From an uncultured Muribaculaceae bacterium (lineage in GTDB: Bacteria > Bacillota_I > Bacilli_A > RF39 > UBA660): 41,312 nt of DNA. Position numbers and translations under genes: made by a program. This document shows positions 34,769 to 41,312 of the stretch, in pieces (the first letter of the stretch is position 1; every line of letters starts with the position of its first letter). The notes below the pieces were generated by a model. That model was not told where the DNA came from and did no database searches. It was given only the letters and a program-made list of their open reading frames with translations. The DNA lies in the NCBI GenBank assembly GCA_964492595.1, contig CAZBKY010000003.1, positions 1-41,312 of the forward strand, given 5' to 3'.

Positions 34769-36991
34769 TTATGAATTTATTCCCTTAATATTTAATTCTT
34801 CCAATTCTTTACTTCCCTTTTTATCTTCTTTCTTCTTTCCAATATTTTTAATTTCTAATATTCTCCATAGATTAGGTGCGAAAATGATTGTAGAAATACA
34901 CCCTCCAATTAATCCTATTAAAATGGCAATATTAAATGTATATATCCCATTAACTCCCATGAAAATTAATGTGAGTACTGATATTATAGTAGTAATTGTA
35001 GTAAATATATTTCTTGATAGTACATCATTCATACTTTCATTCATCAAAATTTTTAAATCTTCTTCATCTTTTATTTTATTATTAAACATCAGTTTTTTAT
35101 TTTCTCTTATTCTATCAAATACAACTATAGTGTCATTTATAGAGTATCCAATAATTGTAAGCAAAGCCGCGACTACTATAAAATTAAATTCTATTTTGAA
35201 TATTATAAATATTATCATAATCATTAAAACATCATGAAATAAAGCTGCGATACCAGATATTCCAAAATTAAAGTTAAACCTAATTGCAACATAAATGATT
35301 ATTGCAATAAATGATAATAAAAGGCTGTAAATGGCATTTTTAGTTAAATTTTTAACTACCATAGTACTTATTTCATTTATTGAAGTATTTATTCCTAAAT
35401 TATTAAATTCCTGAGTTATAATCTCGGTATCTTTTTCAGTTAATATTTTGTTTAATTTAATATATCCTTCTTTAGTACTTCCCGCATAATTAGAATACTC
35501 TTCTATATCATAATTTTCCAAAATAGGTAATATTTTCTCATATTCTATTTTTTTATCACTTATCATATTTATACTTGTCCCACCAGTAAAATCCACTCCA
35601 AAGTTAATTTTATTTATAAATGTAAAAGCAAGTCCTGTTAATAGTATTAATATAAATGCTCCTAGGGCATATTTGTTTATTTTTACATAATCATAATTTG
35701 GTTTTTTTATCATTCTACCAAAAAATGATGATGGCTTATCTTTAAATATACCAGATGATGCGGCTTTTTTAATTAAAGATGCATTAATTATAACCATTGA
35801 TATAACAGTTACGATAATTGATACTATAAGCATAGTTGCAAAACCTCTAATTGTGCTTTCTCCAAATATATATAAAATTAATGCAACTATAAATGTAGTA
35901 ATATTAGCATCTATTATTGCAGATAAACTCATCTTGCTTCCTTTTTTTACAGCTTCTTTCAAATCTTTATTATAAACATCCTTTATTCTCTCAATTGATA
36001 TAATTGATGAATCGATTGCCATACCAATACCAAGAATTAATGCAGCTATACCAGGGAGTGTAAGCACACCACCTATTCCATTAAATATAAGGAACGTTAA
36101 AAGAGAATATATAATCAGTGATACACTGGTTATTAAACCGCAAAACCTGTATTTATATATCAAGATAAGAGATATAATACCAATTGTAATTAAACCTGCG
36201 ATACCGCATTTTTCAATAGTTTTATGCCCAAAAGATGCAGATACTGAATGTGGGGTTGAATATTCACTAAGTCTAGTGGGCAGGCTTCCTGAATTTATTA
36301 AATCCACTAGTCTTTCTACTTTTTCTTTAGTAAAGTTTCCTTGAATTATAACCTCTGAACTGTTTAATCCTTCTTCTACATAAGCGGCTGATAAACATTT
36401 GCTATTACTTTCATTACCGCAAGTTGAAGCCTCGTTTGTAAAACTGTTCTCGCTTTCATCAAAATCCAGCCATATTACTATTCTATTATCTGATGTTTTA
36501 CTTATAGATTTAGTTACTTTATAAAATTGTGAAGTATCTTTGATATTCAATTTTACAATCGGTTTTAAAGTCTGTGGATTTGTATCAACAGATGCTCCAT
36601 TTTTACCAAGTATTTCTGAAGTCATTAAAAGATTATCGTTTGTATCTCTAAATGACAACAGTCCAATAGTGCTAATCATTTCCTTTGCTTCAGTGGCATC
36701 TTTAACTCCGGGGAGTTGTATTCTAAGAGTGTTTTTACCCTCAATAGTAATAACGGGTTCACTAACTCCCAAAGTATCTATTCTATTTACAATTGCTTTA
36801 TAAGTGTTGTTTAAATCCTCTTCAGTAAGAATTTTATCATCAGTGTTTAATGGGAAGATTTTATAAAGTATTTCAAAACCTCCCTGAAGATCAAGACCAA
36901 ATTTAATACTTTTAATTGTAGGAATAAAAAGTATTACAGTAGATATTAATAATACTGATAGAACAATTATAAATTTAACACTTTTTCTCAT
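34769..36991 (-). CDS. secDF: Fused protein translocase subunit SecDF
   Basis: 740 aa, SecD and SecF halves with 12 TM, as in B. subtilis. Confidence 0.9.
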   Translation of the reverse strand: MRKSVKFIIVLSVLLISTVILFIPTIKSIKFGLDLQGGFEILYKIFPLNTDDKILTEEDLNNTYKAIVNRIDTLGVSEPVITIEGKNTLRIQLPGVKDATEAKEMISTIGLLSFRDTNDNLLMTSEILGKNGASVDTNPQTLKPIVKLNIKDTSQFYKVTKSISKTSDNRIVIWLDFDESENSFTNEASTCGNESNSKCLSAAYVEEGLNSSEVIIQGNFTKEKVERLVDLINSGSLPTRLSEYSTPHSVSASFGHKTIEKCGIAGLITIGIISLILIYKYRFCGLITSVSLIIYSLLTFLIFNGIGGVLTLPGIAALILGIGMAIDSSIISIERIKDVYNKDLKEAVKKGSKMSLSAIIDANITTFIVALILYIFGESTIRGFATMLIVSIIVTVISMVIINASLIKKAASSGIFKDKPSSFFGRMIKKPNYDYVKINKYALGAFILILLTGLAFTFINKINFGVDFTGGTSINMISDKKIEYEKILPILENYDIEEYSNYAGSTKEGYIKLNKILTEKDTEIITQEFNNLGINTSINEISTMVVKNLTKNAIYSLLLSFIAIIIYVAIRFNFNFGISGIAALFHDVLMIMIIFIIFKIEFNFIVVAALLTIIGYSINDTIVVFDRIRENKKLMFNNKIKDEEDLKILMNESMNDVLSRNIFTTITTIISVLTLIFMGVNGIYTFNIAILIGLIGGCISTIIFAPNLWRILEIKNIGKKKEDKKGSKELEELNIKGINS

Positions 36992-37296
36992 AATAAATCA
37001 TCATCCTTAATCTGTACTTCCCTTTGTGTAGTTTTTAAGATATTCATAACATATGATGTAATCAAATTATCTTCTAAATTTAATATATCACTTGTCATTT
37101 CTGCTAAAGAAAGATTTTTTTTAGTATTCCAGGTGTTTTCAAGCAAATAATTCCATATATCTTCTTCTTTTATATAGTCTTTTCCTCTTCTTTTAAGCTC
37201 AATTTTTTTAGAATATAAAGCGGGTTTTAATCTTTTATATAATTCTTCTAATGTTTTAAATTCAATATCTTTATTCACTATATTCACCATATTCAC
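36988..37296 (-). CDS. ComN-like post-transcriptional regulator (YrzD family)
   Basis: About 100 aa, directly upstream of secDF as yrzD/comN is in B. subtilis. The pattern LKPALYSK...IWNYLLENTW...MTSDILNL fits my recollection of the family. Confidence 0.6.
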   Translation of the reverse strand: MNMVNIVNKDIEFKTLEELYKRLKPALYSKKIELKRRGKDYIKEEDIWNYLLENTWNTKKNLSLAEMTSDILNLEDNLITSYVMNILKTTQREVQIKDDDLL

Positions 37297-38980
37297 TAGA
37301 TTTTTCTTTTATTTTTTCTATACATTCACTTACAGTTAAATTATAGGATTCATTGCTGTTTCTATTTTTATATTCAACTATGCCTTCATTTATTTTACTT
37401 CCAATAATTATTCTAATTGGAAGCCCTATTAAGTCCATATCATTAAATTTTATTCCGGCTCTTTCATCTCTGTCATCAATTAATGCTTCAATACCAAGAG
37501 CATTAAGTTTATCATAAAGTTCATATCCAATATTCAGCTCTTCTTCATTCTTAGAATTAATAACTACAATGCCCACTTTATAAGGTGCGATCTCATAAGG
37601 CCAGATTATGCCTTTTTCATCATGGTGCTCCTCAACGATTGCTGCGATACATCTGCCAAGTCCTATTCCATAGCAGCCCATATATACAGGGTTTAATTTT
37701 CCTGTCTCATCGGTGTATTTCAAATTTAGTTTTTCGCTATATTTAGTTCCTAGTTTAAATATATTTCCTACTTCAATACCTTTTTCAAATGATAATTCTT
37801 CTCCACATATCGGACATTTATCTCCTTCTTTAACAAAAACTAAATCAGCAAATTTAGCTACATTAAAATCTTTTAAATTAATATTTTTCAAATGAAAGTT
37901 ATCTTTATTTGCGCCAGCAACACCATTTTTTATATATTTTATTTTATTATCTGCATATATTTTAAGTTTGGATGAAACCGGGCCTATAAAACCTTTAATA
38001 AGTCCCAACTTTTTTATATCATCTTCATTTGCAATTTCAACTGTATTACATTTAACAACTTTTTTTAACTTTATTTCGTTTAATTCATCATTTCCTAAAA
38101 TTAATGCTAGGATGAAATCATTGTCTGCTTTATACACCAAAGTTTTTATAAATTTATCGGGGTATGTATTCATAAAAGATGATACTTCATTAATCTTTTT
38201 CATATCGGGAGTATAAACTTCTTCAATATTTTCCTCTTTTTCAACACTTTCTTTTATGTCACTTTTAGAATAAGCAATATCAATATTTGATGTGTATGAG
38301 CATTTGGTACAAAATACAAGTTTATCTTCACCAATAGGCGTTATGGCTTGAAATTCCTCTGATAATAAGCCTCCCATCGCCCCTGTATCTGATTCAACTA
38401 CTATATATCTGATTTTCATTCTTTTTAGAATATTTTTATAGGCTTCATACATATTTTTATAGCTTAAATCTAAACCAAGTTCATCTCTGTCAAAAGAATA
38501 AGCATCTTTCATTATAAATTCTCTTGCCCTAATCAACCCGCCCCTGGGTCTTGGTTCATCTCTGAATTTATCTCCAAATTGATAAATATTAAAATGTAAA
38601 TCCTTATAACTTTTTATATGAAAAGAAGCTGCTTGAGTAAATAATTCTTCATGAGTTGGGCCTAAACAGTAATTTTTATCAAATCTATCTTTAAAGGAAA
38701 ACATATCTTTTCCAAATTTTTCTCTTCTTCCACTTTGAATATAAACATCCTCCTGGATTAAAGAGGGCATCAGTAATTCTTTCGCACCTTTGGCATTCAT
38801 CTCTTCTCTTATTATTTTTTTAATATTTTCCAAGACTTTGTATCCTAAAGGTAAAAACATGTAAACTCCTGAGGAGGTTTTTCTTATCATTGCACTTCTG
38901 GTAAGCAAATTTCCACTTATGCTGTCTTCATCTTTTATACTCTCTTTTATTGTATAAAAATAATTATTTTTCAATTTCAT
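37271..38980 (-). CDS. proS: Proline--tRNA ligase (bacterial type with INS editing domain)
   Basis: Start moved to MKLKNNYFYT (the track starts at 39004). Class II motifs are present (FRDEPRPRGGLIRAREF; GCYGIGLGR). Its length is consistent with a bacterial-type ProRS carrying the INS editing insertion. Confidence 0.95.
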   Translation of the reverse strand: MKLKNNYFYTIKESIKDEDSISGNLLTRSAMIRKTSSGVYMFLPLGYKVLENIKKIIREEMNAKGAKELLMPSLIQEDVYIQSGRREKFGKDMFSFKDRFDKNYCLGPTHEELFTQAASFHIKSYKDLHFNIYQFGDKFRDEPRPRGGLIRAREFIMKDAYSFDRDELGLDLSYKNMYEAYKNILKRMKIRYIVVESDTGAMGGLLSEEFQAITPIGEDKLVFCTKCSYTSNIDIAYSKSDIKESVEKEENIEEVYTPDMKKINEVSSFMNTYPDKFIKTLVYKADNDFILALILGNDELNEIKLKKVVKCNTVEIANEDDIKKLGLIKGFIGPVSSKLKIYADNKIKYIKNGVAGANKDNFHLKNINLKDFNVAKFADLVFVKEGDKCPICGEELSFEKGIEVGNIFKLGTKYSEKLNLKYTDETGKLNPVYMGCYGIGLGRCIAAIVEEHHDEKGIIWPYEIAPYKVGIVVINSKNEEELNIGYELYDKLNALGIEALIDDRDERAGIKFNDMDLIGLPIRIIIGSKINEGIVEYKNRNSNESYNLTVSECIEKIKEKSSEYGEYSE

Positions 38981-38988
38981 ATTATCCT

Positions 38989-39405
38989 CTATTCTTCTGA
39001 GCAAGTACTGCCTTTATATGCTGTATTTACCCCTGCATTAAACACTCCTGAACTCTCATACGAAATAATTTCTGAAATATATTTAACACATATGTAATTA
39101 TTATCGAGTTGTGTATTATCCAGAGGATTTTCCAAAGAATTTCTATTATTTTTATCGCCAGTAATATATCCCTCTTCAATTAAAAAACTAACTCTAATAC
39201 ATTTGCAAGTATTTTCATTTAGTAGATTCAGATTATCATTTCCCCATTCTTTAGCCCCCTCTTCAATATATACGATTTTATTTTCATAAAGCTTCTCAAG
39301 CATGTTAGCTCTTATTTTCATAATTGAAATAACTGTTAAAGCAAGGAGTGCTCCGATTAATGTGATAGTTATAAGGATTTCAATTAATGTAAAACCTTTT
39401 TTCAT
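38989..39405 (-). CDS. Type IV pilin / competence pseudopilin-like protein
   Basis: 138 aa. Class III signal MKKG-FTLIEILITITLIGALLAL (prepilin peptidase site G/F, Glu5). The stop lies 8 nt before the proS start. Confidence 0.85.
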   Translation of the reverse strand: MKKGFTLIEILITITLIGALLALTVISIMKIRANMLEKLYENKIVYIEEGAKEWGNDNLNLLNENTCKCIRVSFLIEEGYITGDKNNRNSLENPLDNTQLDNNYICVKYISEIISYESSGVFNAGVNTAYKGSTCSEE

Positions 39406-39465
39406 CTTTTCACCAACCTTTTTTCAATAAAATTATATCATGATTAAAAGTAAAACGAAAGCATA

Positions 39466-39494
39466 TTGAAATAATATTTATAATAATATATAAT
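39466..39494 (+). promoter_or_regulatory. Consensus sigma-A promoter of the ATPase gene
   Basis: TTGAAA, 17 nt, TATAAT. Confidence 0.6.
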
Positions 39495-39525
39495 AATATA
39501 TAGAATAAGAAGGGACAATTTAAGT

Positions 39526-40848
39526 ATGAAGCAATTTGATTTTGAAAAGATTCCTATTGTTGAAATTGCAAATGAAATAATAATGGATGCGGTTAATAAA
39601 AATGCTTCAGATATTCATTTTGATCCCACAAAGGAAAACTTACGTTTAAGAATAAGAGTTGATGGTGAATTATTTGACTATGGTATTATACAAAAAAAAT
39701 ATCAAAAAAATATGATAAGTCGTTTAAAAATGATAGCTGGCATGAATATTATGGAAACAAGACTTCCTCAGGATGGAGCTATTAAGGGGAAAATTGGAGA
39801 GAATATGCTGGATCTTCGTGTTTCTGCATTACCAACTAATAATGGAGAAAAAATAGTTGTTCGTATACTTGATTATTCTCAAAGTTTAAAAGGATTGGAA
39901 ACTCTTGGATTCAGCGAAAAAAGTTTAGAAAAAATAAATAAAATGATAAAAGTCCCAAATGGAATTATACTGGTTACTGGTGCGACAGGTACTGGAAAAA
40001 GTACAACAGTCTATTCAATACTTCAAAAATTAAATACTGAAAATGTAAATATTATAACTGTTGAAGATCCTATTGAAATGGATATTAAAGGTATAAATCA
40101 AGTACAGGTTATGTCTGAGATTGGTCTTACATTCGAACAAGTTTTAAGAAGTGTTTTAAGACAAGATCCTAATATTATAATGATTGGGGAAATTCGTGAT
40201 GCAGAAACCGCAAGAATGGCTGTAAGGGCAAGTATTACCGGGCATTTAGTTTTGTCTACTATTCATACTAACAATTCTTTAAACACAATTGAAAGATTAA
40301 CCGATATGGATATAGAAAGATATTTATTGGGTAGTGCCTTAACGGGTATTATATCTCAAAGACTTGCAAGAAAAATATGTCCGAAATGTTCTATAAAATC
40401 TATGACTACTCCTTATGAAAAGGAGGTTTTTATGAAGGTTTTAGGGACTAGCATAAATGAAATTTATCATCCAAATCCAGCGGGATGTCCTTTATGTTCT
40501 CATGGATATAGAGGAAGACTTGCTATACTTGAAGTGCTTAGAATAAGTGACCAGATTAAAGATGCTATAATTAATTCTTTGCCTAAAACTGAATTAAGAA
40601 AATTAGTCTATACTGGTGATGTTATTACTTTATTGCAAGATGGTTTAGAGAAAGTTGTTGAGGGTAAAACTTCATTTGAAGAGATATTAAAAATAATAGA
40701 TCTTGAAAATGATTTAACAAATTATAGTGAATTTAATTTAAAAGCAAATTTAGCTTTGTCTAATTTAAATAATAAAAAGGATGAAGACACACTTGAAAAA
40801 GAAATTACTATTGATGCTCCGGAAGTAATAGAAATATTAGATTTTTAA
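39526..40848 (+). CDS. GspE/PilB/ComGA family secretion ATPase
   Basis: 440 aa. ASDIHFDP, Walker A GATGTGKST, Asp box, Walker B IIMIGEIRD, His box LVLSTIHTN, tetra-Cys CPKC...CPLC. There is no N1E domain. An acidic C-terminal extension of about 60 aa is present. Confidence 0.9.
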   Translation: MKQFDFEKIPIVEIANEIIMDAVNKNASDIHFDPTKENLRLRIRVDGELFDYGIIQKKYQKNMISRLKMIAGMNIMETRLPQDGAIKGKIGENMLDLRVSALPTNNGEKIVVRILDYSQSLKGLETLGFSEKSLEKINKMIKVPNGIILVTGATGTGKSTTVYSILQKLNTENVNIITVEDPIEMDIKGINQVQVMSEIGLTFEQVLRSVLRQDPNIIMIGEIRDAETARMAVRASITGHLVLSTIHTNNSLNTIERLTDMDIERYLLGSALTGIISQRLARKICPKCSIKSMTTPYEKEVFMKVLGTSINEIYHPNPAGCPLCSHGYRGRLAILEVLRISDQIKDAIINSLPKTELRKLVYTGDVITLLQDGLEKVVEGKTSFEEILKIIDLENDLTNYSEFNLKANLALSNLNNKKDEDTLEKEITIDAPEVIEILDF

Positions 40849-40888
40849 AAAGTGTAAACAGCCATTATGTTTTTTTATGGATTAAATA

Positions 40889-41312
40889 TTAGAATTTATC
40901 ATTCAAATAATTAAGTAAATTATTTAATATATCACTATCTCCAATTAAATTTATTGCAAAACATCTCTTACCTAAATCTTTGAAAGAAGAACCCGAGTGA
41001 TATAAGGTTTTTCTATCAAGAATTATAAATCTGTCATGAAAAGAGTCACTTTTGATTACTTCTATATTACTGTATTGCTTATTATATTTATTAACTGCTT
41101 CTTTATCAATTTCTTTACTGTATATTTTTATATTTACTTTTATATCTTTTATTAAATCAAATAATTTTTTTCCAACTTAATTGTCAATAATTATTATCTC
41201 TTCTTTTGCTTTAATTAATATATCTATCATAAGTGAATAAGCATCATATATCGCTCTTTCAAAAAATATATGATTATTAACAGATTTATCTAACTTAGAA
41301 AATACTTCATCA
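40889..41312 (-). pseudogene. ORF6N-family protein C-terminal region interrupted by an in-frame TAA (5' end outside window)
   Basis: The - strand reads ...HIFFERAIYDAYSLMIDILIKAKEEIIIIDN-stop-VGKKLFDLIKD...SDSFHDRFIILDRKTLYHSGSSFKDLGKRCFAI. The stop lies at 41177-41179, where family members have Tyr (IDNY). The downstream part has no start codon. Confidence 0.6.

Noticed and set aside
984-38216. About 25 ORFs of 60-117 aa in the track lie antisense to or inside long conserved genes. Examples: 984..1226, 1755..1979, 2204..2521, 6471..6671, 9036..9645, 10772..10996, 12778..13020, 13271..13486, 17493..17720, 19002..19208, 20808..21029, 22095..22319, 23723..23941, 26967..27475, 28030..28875, 29869..30649, 32995..33321, 34884..35237, 36540..36803, 37713..38216.
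   Set aside because: They are shadow frames of AT-rich coding DNA. Their products are low-complexity (Ile/Phe/Leu/Ser-rich), they have no SD or promoter, and each is fully overlapped by a gene with clear family motifs.
1-41312. Possible stop-codon reassignment or an alternative genetic code, considered because of in-frame TAA, TGA and TAG in three loci.
   Set aside because: All long housekeeping genes read through cleanly with the standard code. Trp is encoded by TGG. The in-frame stops co-occur with frameshifts or missing starts, which is typical of pseudogenes.
1-41312. Search for CRISPR arrays, long tandem or interspersed repeats, IS elements, and prophage or defence gene signatures.
   Set aside because: None was seen by eye. 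The only tandem repeats are the coding ones at 19214-19327 and 29582-30046, and the only recombinase is xerD.

Overview
Very AT-rich chromosomal segment that looks like an endospore-forming Bacillota (Firmicutes) genome. All family calls rest on motif recognition and remembered B. subtilis sequences; no searches or folding programs were run.

Content: it is dominated by housekeeping genes with B. subtilis-like local synteny. On the + strand: a T-box leader with thrS, a CarD-like gene, uppP, marR plus a heterodimeric ABC exporter, a frameshifted ogt, miaA, xerD-deoB and zupT. rarA lies among these on the - strand. Also on the - strand: mnmA, a spoIIM-like gene, folD-glyA, spoIVB, xseB-xseA-nusB, dtd-rel, secDF with a comN-like gene, and proS. 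RNA genes are tRNA(CAU), tRNA-Leu(UAG) and a candidate 6S-like sRNA next to rarA.

Large scale: gene orientation flips from mostly + to almost entirely - at about 20.2 kb. A 28-bp sequence very close to the B. subtilis dif site sits exactly at that point, about 2 kb from xerD. The window therefore probably spans the replication terminus.

Most unusual element: a 903-aa secreted or anchored protein (29579..32290, - strand). It combines a TasA/camelysin-like N-terminus, an ALK/LTK-type glycine-rich domain, two Listeria-Bacteroides repeats and a 16-cysteine periodic C-terminal module. It has its own consensus promoter and is wedged between dtd and nusB.

Other points worth a second look:
- An unannotated 40-aa Arg/Ser-rich ORF.
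- A Rel enzyme with a degenerate hydrolase site and no ACT/RRM domain.
- A ThrRS without its TGS domain, preceded by a 68-aa ORF under the same T-box.
- A CarD-like gene paired with a stand-alone RpoA-CTD-like gene.
- A split, minimal comG-like pilin/ATPase pair.
- Three decayed genes.

Not found: CRISPR arrays, transposases, reverse transcriptases or a recognisable defence operon. I cannot point with confidence to a multi-gene novel system.
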